A stretch of 63,441 nt of DNA, the filler included, from Chiloscyllium plagiosum (Eukaryota), in NCBI RefSeq assembly GCF_004010195.1. It is 4 parts of one record of this genome, joined end to end, with 100 filler letters (N's around TTAATTAATTAA, not from the genome) between each part and the next. Parts side by side here need not be neighbours in the genome. Positions count along the whole stretch, not along the records: positions 51,355 to 63,441 come from NC_057716.1; 3 more parts are not named here. One strand, written 5' to 3'. How positions within the stretch are numbered: position 1 is the stretch's first letter; the number at the start of each line of letters is the position of its first letter. Positions 52,556 through 63,441 of the stretch are shown one piece after another. Under the pieces are notes generated by a model that saw only the letters and a list, made by a program, of their open reading frames with translations, was not told where the DNA came from and did no database searches. The translations under genes were made by a program, and so were the position numbers.

Positions 52556-55500
52556 GCTGGAGGCCTGTGACCAGTGGAGTGCCACAAGGATCGGTGCTGG
52601 GCTCTACTTTTTGTCATTTACATAAATGATTTGGATGCGAACATAAGAGGTACAGTTAGTAAGTTTGCAAATGACACCAAAATTGGAGGTGCAGTGGACA
52701 GCGAAGAGGGTTACCTCAGATTACAACATGATCTTGACCAGATGGGCCAATGGGCTGAGCAGTGGCAGATGGATTTTAATTCAGATAAATGTGAGGTGCT
52801 GCATTTTGGGAAAGCAAATCCTAGCAGGACTTATACACTTAATGGTAAGGTCCTAGGGAGTGTTGGTGAACAAAGAGACCTTGGAGTGCAGGTTCATAGC
52901 TCCTTGAAAGTGGAGTCGCAGTTAGATAGGATAGTGAAGGCGGCGTTTGGTATGCTTTCCTTTATTGGTCAGAGTATTGAGTACAGGTGTTGGGAGATCA
53001 TGTTGCAGCTGTACAGTATTATGGGCTAAGTGCTGGTAAATGGGATTAGATTGGGTTGAGATATCTGGTCGGTATGGACCAGAGGGTTTGTTTCTGTGCT
53101 GTACATCTCTATGACTCTATAACTCTGGATGCTGCAAATCAGAAATAGCAGCAGAAGTTGCTGGATAAACTCAGCAGGTCTGGCAGCAGCTGTGAAGAGA
53201 AATCAGAATTAACTCTGAAGCAAATTTCAGGTCTGGTGACCCTTCCTCAAATTTGTAAATGCTGATTTCTCTCCACAGCTGCTGCCAGACCTGCTGAGCT
53301 TTTCCAGCAACTTCTGCTTTTGAAGCAAAGATTGGAATTTGACTCTATCCAACGATCAAACCAAAGGCATCTGTTACTTGTTCGAGACAGTATCTACATG
53401 CACATGAGGCACTGGGAGGGTCTGAGCAGTCTCGGGAGATTGTTGTGCTTTGAGCTGCTACTCTGTCCACTCTGGGTCCCTGCAGTCACATCCCTTCCAT
53501 TGTCGGTGGCTTGTTAACTCTGTGTGAGGTTGGGCAGCTGTCTCTGCCTGGAACATCTGAATTAGGACTAGAAGAAGACTGTTCAGCCCATCCAACCTGC
53601 TCCCCCATTCAACAGGATCCTGGCGGATTTGATTGTAACCTCAAACCCACATTCCCGTTTGTCCGAGAACCCTTCACCGCTCTGTTCTTGCTGAATAACA
53701 ATCTCTCCAACTCCACCTTAAAAATATTCAAATAGTCTGCCTTTTCAGGGAGAGAGTTCCACAGACCCATAGCCCTCCGAGAGATGCGAGTCTGCCTGCT
53801 TTTGGTTTTAAAACCATGATTGTTTTCCAGTGAGCTCTCCGGTCCTGGAACACATGAAGCTGCATTGTCTTTCTGAATGAAGGCAGATGTAATTCGCCCA
53901 TTCAGTCTTCCACTCTCCACGGCATCATTTACTTTTCAGTTTAAAAGCTTCTATAGATACGGAGAAAAGAAATGTTTGTTTCTAATGAATGTGAGCCCAT
54001 TTCAGGCAGTGTCTGGAGAGTTTATAATGGGGGATTAGAGAAATAGCACAGAGGCTAAATGATTACTTTTGTTTGTTTTCACAGAGGAAGATTTTAGAAA
54101 TCTCCCAGAACTGGAGACCCAAGCAGCTAGGAGGATGAGGAGTTGATAAAAATTAGAATTTAGTAAGAAGGTGGAATTGAAGAAGTGAAAGGGGCTGAAA
54201 GCTGATCAATCCCCAGGCCCTAAAGGGGTCTCTATCACAGAGGGTTGAAGGAGGCAGCTACAGGGATTGGAGAATGTTTTCCAAAATTCCATCGATTCTG
54301 GACTGGTTCCAGTGGGTTGGGAGGTAGCAAATACCAGCCACATTTTAAAAAGGGAGTGAGAGAGAAAATATGGAACTGCAGTCCTGTTGGCGTTCCATCA
54401 GGAGTAGGGAAAATACTAGAATCAATTATAAAGGATGGGATACACAGACACTAGGTAAAAACAAGGGCTGCAGATGCTGGAAACCAGAATCTAGATTAGA
54501 GTGATGCTGGAAAAGCACAGCAGGTCAGGCAGCATCCGAGGAGCAGGAAAATCGATGTTTCAGGCAAAAGCCCTTCATCAGGTATTCCTGAAGAAGGGCT
54601 TTTGCCCGAAACGTAGATTTTCATGCTGCCTGAACTGCTGTGCTTTTCCAGCACCACTCTACACAGACACTTGGATGATAATGATCTGATTGGGCAGGGT
54701 CAGCATGGATTTGCGAGTGGGACATTTTGTTTGATAATAGGGAGATCAAGAGCTTCAGATTTGTACAGCATGGAAACAGACCCTTCAGTCTAACCCGTCC
54801 AGGCCGGCCAGATATCCCAACCTAATCTAGTCCCATTTGTCAGCACCCGGCCCATATCCCTCCAAACCCTTCCTATTCATATACCCATCCAAATGCCTTT
54901 TAAATGTTGTAACTGTACCAGCCTCCACCACTCCCTCTGGCAGCTCATTCCATACACGTACCACCCTCTGGGTAAAGTTGCACCATTGATCCCTTTTAAA
55001 TATTTCCCCTCACCATAAACCTATGCCCTCTAGTTCTGGAGTCCATTACCTCAGTAAAAGGACCTTGACTGTTCACACTATGCCTGTCATGATTTTATCA
55101 ACCTTTATAAGGTCACCAGTCAAGACTAGAGTAGTGCTGGAAAAGCACAGCAGGTCAGGCAGCATCCGAGGATCAGATGAAGGGTTTTTGCCCAAAACGT
55201 CGATTTTTCTGCTCCTCGGATGCTGCCTGACCTGCTGTGCTTTTCCAGCACCACTAGTCTTGTCTCTAATCTCCAGCATCTGCAGTACCCACTTCTGCCT
55301 TTAAGGTCACCCCTCAGCCTCCAACGCTCCAGGGAAAACAGCCCCAGTCTGTTCAGCCTCTCCCTGTAGCTCAAATCCTCCAATCCCAGCAACATCCTTG
55401 TAAATCTTTTCTGAACCCTTTCAAGTTTCACAACATCTTTCCAATAGGAAGGAGATCAGAATTGCACACAACATTCCAACAGTGGCCTAACCAATGTCCT

Positions 55501-55586
55501 GTACAGCTGCAACATGACCTCCCAACCCCCACACTCAATACTCTGACCAATAAAAGAAAGTTTACCAAATGCCTCCTTCACTATCC
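52556..55586. mobile_element. CR1 fragments with family A/C insertions (53125-53322, 54453-54659, 55118-55301)
   Basis: SKFANDTKIGG..CEVLHFG; TSDs tacacagacact (12 bp) and taaggtcacc (10 bp). Confidence 0.8.
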
Positions 55587-56440
55587 AACCATTCCTGTTC
55601 CAGCTCTGTTCTGGACCCCATCCACAACCTTTTTCCCAATATATCATTGATATTATCAGCGCTGCTTCCGTCTCTCGTCTGGAATTGGAAAAGTTCATCA
55701 ATTTCACTTACAACATCCGTCCTGATCTCACCTTCACCTGGTCCATCTCTGCCTCCTCCCTTCCTCGACAATTCTGGAGACTGCCCATTACAAACCCACT
55801 GACTCCCACAGTTACCTGGACTATACATCCTCACTCCATTCCAGTCTCCCAATTCCTCCGTCTCCATCACGTATGTTATGATGGAGCCAACTTCGACAAA
55901 GGAGCCTCTGAAATGTCCACCTTCTTGCTCAGCTGAGGGTTCCCCAGCACCAATGTTGACAGAGCCCTCAACTGGGTCTGACCCATCTCCCACACCTCTG
56001 CCCTCACCCTCTCTCTCTCCCATCCCACCACAGCGATAACGACCCTTGTCCTCACCTACCACCTCACCAGCATCCACATCCAGAAGATCATTAGCTGCCA
56101 TTTCCGCCACCTCCAGTGAGATGCCACTATCGGACACATATTGCCCTCCCCTCCCTTGTCTGCCTTCTGCAGAGACTCTTCTCTTCAGGACACCCTGGTC
56201 CACTCCTCCTTCACTCCCAACATCATCCACACCCCCGCATCCCAGCACCTTCCCCTGCAATAGCCAAAGGTGTCCCACCTGCCCATTCCCCTCCTCCCTC
56301 CTCAGTATCCAAGGGCCCAAACACACCTTCCAGCTAATCTAGTCGACTGCATTCTCTGCTCACAATCTGGTCTCCTCTAAATTGGGGAAACGAAGCATAG
56401 ACTGGGTGACTGCTTTGCAGATCTCCTATCTTCTGTCCAC

Positions 56441-56953
56441 CAAGAACAAAGAAAATTTACAGCCCAGGAACAGGCCCTTCGGCCCTCCAAGCCTGAGCCA
56501 ATCCAAATGTACTGTCTAAACCTGTCGGTCAATTCCCAAGCAGCTGTATCCCTCTGCTCCCCACCTACTCATGCATCTGTCCAGACGCATCTTAAATGAA
56601 TCCACCGTGCCTGCCTCTACCACCTCTGCTGGCAACACGTTCCAGTTGCCCACCACCCTCTGTGTGAAGTGCTTGCCGCGTGTATCCCCCTTAAACATTT
56701 CTCCTCTCACCTTGAAAGCGTGACCTCTCGTTATTGGATCCTTCACCCTGGGAAAAAGCTTGTCTCTATCCACCCTGTCTATACCCTTCATGATTTTGTA
56801 AACCTCAATCAGGTCCCCCCTCAATATCCTTTTTTCTAATGAAAACAAACCTAACCTACTCAACCTCTCTTCATAGCTAGCACCTTCCAAACCAGGCAAC
56901 ATCCTCGTAAGCCTTCTCTGCACCCTCTCCAAAGCGTCCACATCCTTTTGGTA
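56441..56953 (-). mobile_element. Young CR1 3' end inserted into the PLE
   Basis: Open 141-aa C-terminal ORF2 peptide (DALERVQRRLTRMLPG..FTQRVVGNWN). Confidence 0.9.
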
Positions 56954-56990
56954 AAAAGACCCTGAGCTTCCAGTTGCCTGTCACTTTAAC

Positions 56991-59697
56991 GGCAGGGGGA
57001 TGGGAACCTGAGGTGTAGTTGCAGTGCACAGGAGGATGAGAGAAGGGAGGACAGGGACAGGATTTCACGGTCACAGGAATGTGCTGGCAGACAGCAAGCT
57101 GGTTTGAAGTGGGTCTACTTCAATGCCAGAAGTATCCGGAATAAGGTAGGTGAGCTTGTAGCATGGATAGATATCTGGGACTTCGATGTTGTGGCCATTT
57201 CGGAGACATGGATAGAGCAGGGTGAGGAATGAATGTTGCAGGTTCCAGGGTTTAGATCTTTCATTAAGAACGGGCAAGGCGGTAAAAGAGGGGGAAGTGT
57301 GGCCTTGTTAGTCAAGGATAGTAAAATGGTGGCTGAAAGAACTTTTGAGGAGGACTCATTTACTGAGGTAGTGTGTGCCAAGGATAGAAACAGGAGAGGA
57401 GAGGGCACACTGCTGGGAATTTGTTACAGGCCTCCACAGAGTTCCAGGGAGATGGAAGAGAGGATTAGCAAAATTATTCTGGGTAGGAGTGAAAGGAACA
57501 GGGTGGTGATTATGGGGACTTTAACTTCCCCAACATTGACTGGAAATACTATAACTCTGGTACGTTGGTTGGATCAGTTTTTGTCCAATGTGTACAGGAG
57601 GGTTTCCTGACACAGTATGTCGAAGGGCCGACAAGAGGGGAGGCCACACTGGATCTGGTGCTTAGTAATTAACCAAACCAGGTGTTTGATTTAGTTGTAG
57701 GTGAGCACTTTGGAGAGAGTGACCATAATTCAGTTACATTTAGTTTAGCGATGGAAAGGGATAGGTACATGCCCCAGGTCAAGAGTTATCGATGGGGCAA
57801 GGGCAATTATAATGCAATTAGGCAAGAATTAGGAGGGAGAGAACAGGGTAGCAAAATGCAGGGTATGGGAACAATCGAAATGTAGAGCTGGTTTAAGGAA
57901 CAGATATTGCGTGTCCTTGATAGGTATGTCGCTGTCAGGCAGGGAGGAAGTGATACGGTAAGGAACCGTGGTTTACTACAGAATTTGCATCTCTTGTTAA
58001 GCAGCAGAAGGAGGCTTATGTGTTGATGATAAAAGATGGTTCAGATGAGGCGATGGAGAGTTACAGATCAGCTAGGAAGGATTTAAAGAGAGAGTTAAGA
58101 AGAGCAAAGAGAGGACACGAGCAGTCTTTAGCAAATAGAATAAAGGAGAATCCTAAAGCTTTCTATAGGTATGTGAGGAATAAAAGGATGACTAGGATAG
58201 GAATAGGACCAGTAAAAGACAGAAGTGGGAAGTTGAGTGTGGACCCTGTGGAGATCGGAGAGGTGCTACATGAACATTTCTCATCGGTTTTCACTCAGGA
58301 AAAGGAGAATATTGTAGAGGAGAAGAATGAGGTACGGGCTATTAGACTAGAAAGGATCCAGGTTAGTTACGAAGAGGTGTTATTAGTTCGAGAAGGAGTG
58401 AAAGTAGACAAGTCCCCTGGGCCAGATGGGATTTATCCGAGGATTCTCTGGGAAGCTAGGGAAGAGATTGCAGAGCCTTTGGCTTTGATCTTTGAGTTGT
58501 CATTTTCTGCAGATTTCGTACCAGGGGATTAGAGGATTGCAAATGTTGTGCCCTGGTTCAAAAAGGACAGTACAGATGATCTAGATAACTGATGCTGCCT
58601 GAACTGCTGTGCTCTTCCAGCACCACTAATCCAAAATCCATGACCTAGATAACCCTCGACCAGTGAGCCTTACGCCTGTTGTAGGAAAGGTTTTGGAAAG
58701 GATTATGAGAGATAAGATTTATAATCATCGAGCAAGCAACAATTTGATTTCAGATAGTCAACATGGTTTTGTCAAGGGCAGGTCGTGTCTCACAAACCTC
58801 ATTGAGTTTTTTGAGAAGGTGACCAAGCATGTAGATGAGGTTAGGGCAGTTGACGTGGTAGACATGGACTTCAGTAAAGCCTTTGATAAGGTTCCACATA
58901 GTAGGCTGATGGAGAAAATGCAGAGGTATGGAATTGAGGGTGATTTAGCAGTTTGGATCAGAAACTGGCTTTTTGGAATAAGGCAGTGAGTGGTGGTTGA
59001 TGGAAAATATTCAGCCTGGAGTCCGGTTACTAGTGGTGTGCCACAAGGATCTGTTTTGGGACCACTGCTGTTTGTCATTTTTATAAATGAGTTCGACGCA
59101 GGCATAGGTGGATGGGTTAGTAAATTTGCAGACGACACTAAAGTCAGTGGAGTAGTGGAGTTTGGAAGAATGTTACAGGTTGCAGGGGGACTTGGATAAT
59201 CTGCAGAATTGGGCTGATAGGTAGCAAATGGAGTTCAATGCAGCTAAAGAGATTTACCAGGATGTTGCCTGGTCTGGAGGGAAGGTCTTATGAGGAAAGG
59301 CTGAGAGACTTAGTCTTCTTCTCTCCAATGAGAACAGACCCAAGAGGGGATTTGATAGAGACGTACAAGATGATCAGAGGATTAGATAGGGTAGACAGTG
59401 AAAGTCTTTTTCCTAGGATGATGACGTCAGCGCGTACGAGGGGGCATAATTACAAATTGAGGGGTGATAGATTTAAGAGATGTCAGAGGCAGGTTCTTTA
59501 CGCAGAGAGTGGTAAGGGTGTGGAATGCCCTACTTACCAATGTAGTCAACTCAGCCACATTAGGATGATTTAAACAATCCTTGGATAAGCACATGGATGA
59601 TGATGGGATAGTGTAGGGGGATGGGCTTAGATTAGTTCACAGATCGGCACAACATCGAGGGCTAAAGGGCCTGTTCTGCGCTGTATTCTTCTATGTT
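56991..59697 (+). mobile_element. Near full-length CR1 ORF2 (APE plus RT), with stops and frameshifts, inserted into the PLE
   Basis: [60 protein letters not shown]. Confidence 0.9.
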
Positions 59698-59964
59698 AAC
59701 CCACCACCCTGTTCCCTGGCCAATATCTGTCTCAGGTTTGTTCCAGGAAGCTCAGTATAAACTGGAAAAGCAGCATCTCGTTTCCCACTTGGGGACCCTG
59801 CAGACATAGAACAGAGAATAGTACAGCACAGAACAGGCCCCTTGGCTCACGATGTTGTGCTGAGGTTTAATCTTAATGTAAAATATAGTAACTTAACCTA
59901 CGCTCCCAACTCACTGCTCTCCATGTGCATGTCCAGCAGTCGCTTAAATGTCCTTGGATGAGCA

Positions 59965-60870
59965 ACTCCTCGGATGCTGCCTGAATTGCTGTGCTCTTCC
60001 AGCACCACTAATCCAAAATCTGGTTTCCAGCATCTGCAGTCATTGTTTTTACCTCTATATACCCCTGACTAATGCACCTAACCTACACATCCTTGAACAC
60101 TATAGACAATTTCCCATAGGGGTAAAAACAATGACTGCAGATGCTGGAAACCAGATTCTGGATTAGTGGTACTGGAAGAGCACAGCAGTTCAGGCAAAAT
60201 CCGAGGACAGACAAAATCGACGTTTCGGGCAAAAGCCCTTCATCAGGAACCCCCAATTTCCCATAGCCAATTCACCCTAACCTGGAACCAAAAGAGAAAA
60301 TGCTAGAAAATCTCAGCAGGTCTGGCAGCATCTGTAAGGAGAGAAAAGAGCTGACGTTTCGAGTCTAACTGACCCTTTGTCAAAGCTAAAAAAAAGGGAG
60401 AAATAGGGAGGTATTTATACTAGACTGAGAGATGGTGAGTCATGGCTTCGGAAGCAAACGTAGCAATAAAGAGGTGATAATGACAGTGCATAGAGAGATT
60501 ATAGGGAGGTTATAGGGAGATTAGGAGCTGTGAATGACCAAGGCTGAAGCCGGTGCTATGGTGACAAAATCCTTCTCAGCCTAATATAAATACCTCCCTA
60601 TTTCTCCCTTTTTTTTTAAGATTTCAGATTCCAGTATCTGCAGTAATTTGCTTTTATTCTGCACATCTTTGGACTGTGGGAGGAAACTGGAGCACCCACA
60701 CAGACACGAGGAGAATGTACAAACTCCACACAGACAGTCACCCGAGGCTGGAATTGAACCCGGGTCCCTGGCGCTGTGAGGCAGCAGTGCTAACCACTGA
60801 GCCATCATTTCTCTTCAGGATGCTGCCAGACCTGCTGAGCTTTTCCAGCAATGTCTATTTTTTTGTTGCC
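59965..60870. mobile_element. Minus-strand HE1 SINE fragmented by family A and C elements; intact minus-strand hammerhead at 60219-60246
   Basis: Minus strand CTGATGA-A-GGGC-tttt-GCCC-GAAAC-GTC; HE1 head at 60660-60805. Confidence 0.7.
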
Positions 60871-61651
60871 TTCTTCACTATCCTGTCCACCTGCGATTCA
60901 ACCTTCAAGGAACTATGAACCTACACTCCAAGGTCTCTTTGTTTGGAAACACTCCTCCCATTATCATACATAAGTCCTGCCCTGATTTGTGTATTCAAAA
61001 TGCAACACCTCACATTTATCAAAGTTAAAGTCTATCTCCTACATCTCAGCCCTTTGGCCCATTTGATCAAGATCCTGTTGTAATCTGAGGTAACCCTCTT
61101 CGCTGTCCACTACACCTCCAATTTTGGTGTCATCTGCAAACTTACTAACCGTACCTCTTATGTTCATATCCAAGTCACTTATATAAATGATGAAAAACAG
61201 TGGAGCCAGGCTGTGCCAGAGGGATCAGCGCTTTCTGACGGTTCTGGAGCCCATAGGTTCTCCCACTCCATCAGGTGTTGAAGGTAACTTGGAATCTGAG
61301 ATGGACACAACAGATGTCGTCAGCTTTGCCACCTGAAGAAAGGAATGAATTTCTTCTGAGACGCTCTGGGCTCATTATTCACAGCCTGTATCAGAGACAG
61401 AGATGGAGGAGCCTGAGCCAGTGCTAAAACATACAGGGAGGAGTGGGTCACTCGGGTGTTTTCCTATCTTCCTGGTGGTGGAAATTGAATAAAGATTCAT
61501 GCACTTTGTGTCTCTCACTGTGTCTCACACATATACACACACACCATGGGTACTGGGGAAAAAATAAGCACTACCGCACTTAGGTGGTAGTGTGGGGGTT
61601 AAATATTAAAAAAATAAACAAAAAATAAATAAATAAACAGGAGTGATCCAG

Positions 61652-61723
61652 TCCTCATTAGTATAGTAGTTAGTATCCCTGCCCATCACACGGGAGACCG
61701 GGGTTAAATTCCACACCAGGGAG
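61652..61723 (+). pseudogene. tRNA-Asp(GTC) pseudogene
   Basis: 72 nt colinear with vertebrate tRNA-Asp TCCTCGTTAGTATAGTGG..GGGAG. CpG-type decay, anticodon now ATC, B box damaged (ggttaaattcc). Confidence 0.85.
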
Positions 61724-62321
61724 TCTGTGGTATTCCCCTGGGAACCTGTGCCACCTCCGGAATTTTAATTTTGTCCCTTTTAAGGAAAAAAAAACAAAAA
61801 ATAAACAGGAGTGGGCCACCCGGGTGTTTTCCCTTTTGAAAGTTGGATCAGAGAGAGAGTGTGCACGTGCAAGGACACTCCTCCGTGAAGAGGATCTGTC
61901 CCTGGACTAGCTGCCCCACATCGGGGAGAGAGAGGAAGGAGGAAAGAAGAAGAAGAAGAGGAGGAGGCAGAAGCAGAAGGAGGTGAGAACTTTGGTGTCT
62001 GGGGCCTACTTTTGGAGCTGCAGCCTGGGCCTCACCCAGGTCAAGGGAGTGTTGCTGCTGACCTGGGGGCCCACTCCCACTGCTGGTCTCTGGGACCCCG
62101 CCCGGACCTGCCTCACTGCTGCTGCCTGGGACTTGCCTTGGGGCCCCTCCCAGGACTTCCACCACTGCTGCTGTTACTAGAGGCCCACCTCCACTGCTGC
62201 TGCCTGGGACTCACCTTGGGGACCTTCCCCCCACCACCGCTGCAACCAAGGGCCTGCCTAGGACTTGCCAGAGGCCTGCCTCCATTGCTGCTGTTGTCGG
62301 AGGTCTGCCTCCACCACCGCT

Positions 62322-62452
62322 GAGGAGAAAGTGAGGTCTGCAGATGCTGGAGATCAGAGCTGAAAATGTGTTGCTGGAAAAGCGCAGCAGGTCAGGCAGC
62401 ATCCAAGGAGCAGGAGAATCGACGTTTCGGGCAAACGCCCTTCTTCAGGAAT
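62322..62452 (-). mobile_element. Family A single-arm insertion with TSD ccaccaccgctg
   Basis: Minus-strand ctgaagaagggcgtttgcccgaaacgtc; flanking duplication. Confidence 0.75.
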
Positions 62453-62712
62453 GAGGAAGGTGTCTGCCACCACCGCTGCCTGGGACTCGCCTTGGGCCCA
62501 TCTCCACCACCACCGCTGCCTGGGACTCGCCTTGGGCCCATCTCCACCACTACTGCTGCCTGGGACTCAATTTTGGGGCTGCCTGGGACTCGCCTTGGGC
62601 CCCTCCCCACAACCTCCACCGCTGCTGCCTGGGGCACAACAATATCCAGCAGCAGAGTATGGCGAGCTACTGCCTTAGGCTTGGCTGTCACAACTCCAGC
62701 CTCGACTGCAAG

Positions 62713-62739
62713 CCTAACCCTAACCCTAACCCTAACCCT
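62713..62739 (-). repeat. Short interstitial telomeric repeat (TTAGGG)4
   Basis: Plus strand (CCTAAC)4CCT, perfect. Confidence 0.9.
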
Positions 62740-63441
62740 CTCCCTGAACAACTCCAGGGTGTTGGTCGACACCGCGTGCTCCTTCTCCAAGGACACCCGG
62801 GCCCTAACGTAACCGCGGAAGAGGGGCAGGCAGTCGGCCCTAACGACCCCCTCCACGGCCCTCTGCCTGGACCTGTTTATGGCCGGTTTGGCCAGGCCCA
62901 GGAGCAGACCCACGAGGAGGTCTTCAGACCTGCCCTCCCTCCTCCGTACCGGGTGCCCAAAGATCAGGAGCGTGGGACTGAAGTGCAGCCAAAAACAGAG
63001 GAGGAGGTTTTTAAACAAAATCAAAAAGGGAGAGTCCACCCAATATACACGTGGTCCACGGACTCCACAGCACCACAGAACAAGCAGTTGGGCTGGGAGT
63101 CCGTGAACCACCGCAACCTGCGGTTGCAGGGGACTGCTGCGTGCAGCACCCTCCCCCCCAGATCCCCGAGAGAAAGGGGGAGGACTCCCACGTAGAGAGC
63201 CCTCCACTGGGGATCCCCACCGCCCGGTGGCAAATGGGCACGCCAAGGCGTGTCCGGACGGTGGATGAGGGAGAAGAGGTGGACGTTGTGCAGCAGCAGT
63301 CTGTACAGGGCCCGCCTTTTTACATCCTTGAAAGAGACAAAATTAAAATTTCGGAGGCAGCTCAGGTTGTGGGGCACAGGCTCCCGCGGGAAGTACGGGA
63401 CCTTGGGGCCAATGTGAAATTCCATCCGGGCTGGGGTGAGC
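62740..63441 (-). mobile_element. Tx1-type (L1 group) non-LTR retrotransposon ORF2 C-terminal region, frameshifted and truncated
   Basis: DLGGRVLHAAVPCNRRL..CLFCGAVESVDHVYIG (zf-RVT-like) and LLVGLLLGLAKPAINRSR..LFRGYVRARVSLE. Confidence 0.8.

Larger units (their letters stand above)
55588..59805 (+). mobile_element. Decayed Penelope-like element ORF (RT C-terminus plus GIY-YIG region) in three pieces: 55588-56440, 56954-56990, 59700-59805
   Basis: LEKFINF..DLTFTWSIS; SIPVSQFLRL; QGPKHTFQ; IGETKHRLGDCF; LPVACHFN; KLEKQHLVSHLGTLQ. Confidence 0.75.

Noticed and set aside
61652..61723. Functional tRNA with an unusual ATC anticodon
   Set aside because: Multiple stem and B-box substitutions, many at CpG sites, indicate a decayed tRNA-Asp(GTC).
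62392..63246. 284-aa ORF with an RVRVRVR motif as a novel protein
   Set aside because: It is a chimera of frameshifted Tx1 ORF2, telomeric repeat and other repeat DNA.

Overview
Repeat-dense vertebrate genomic DNA, very probably from a shark or other elasmobranch (HE1-type V-SINEs, HER1/CR1 LINEs). It is not one contiguous locus. Three artificial 100-nt spacers (44 N + TTAATTAATTAA + 44 N) join four pieces (1-27575, 27676-38521, 38622-51254, 51355-63441), and there are further N gaps. No intact long gene is present, and all long ORFs are minisatellite, N-run or decayed-retroelement artefacts. Contents: many CR1 fragments, tRNA-derived SINEs, at least 8 minisatellites, an internally deleted Gypsy element, a fragmented Penelope-like element (PLE), a Tx1-type LINE fragment and a tRNA-Asp pseudogene. 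Four things stand out. (1) More than 20 short fold-back elements of three families carry minimal hammerhead-ribozyme cores with covarying stems, and many have variable-length target-site duplications (TSDs), consistent with non-autonomous PLE-derived retroelements. (2) A Tx1 ORF2 breaks off directly into (TTAGGG)4 near a tRNA-Asp repeat unit. (3) Three in-phase minus-strand candidate exons encode a protein I cannot identify. (4) One of those exons lies between two oppositely oriented arrays of the same minisatellite. Family names come from recalled motifs, not database searches. Element boundaries are approximate unless fixed by TSDs or splice sites.
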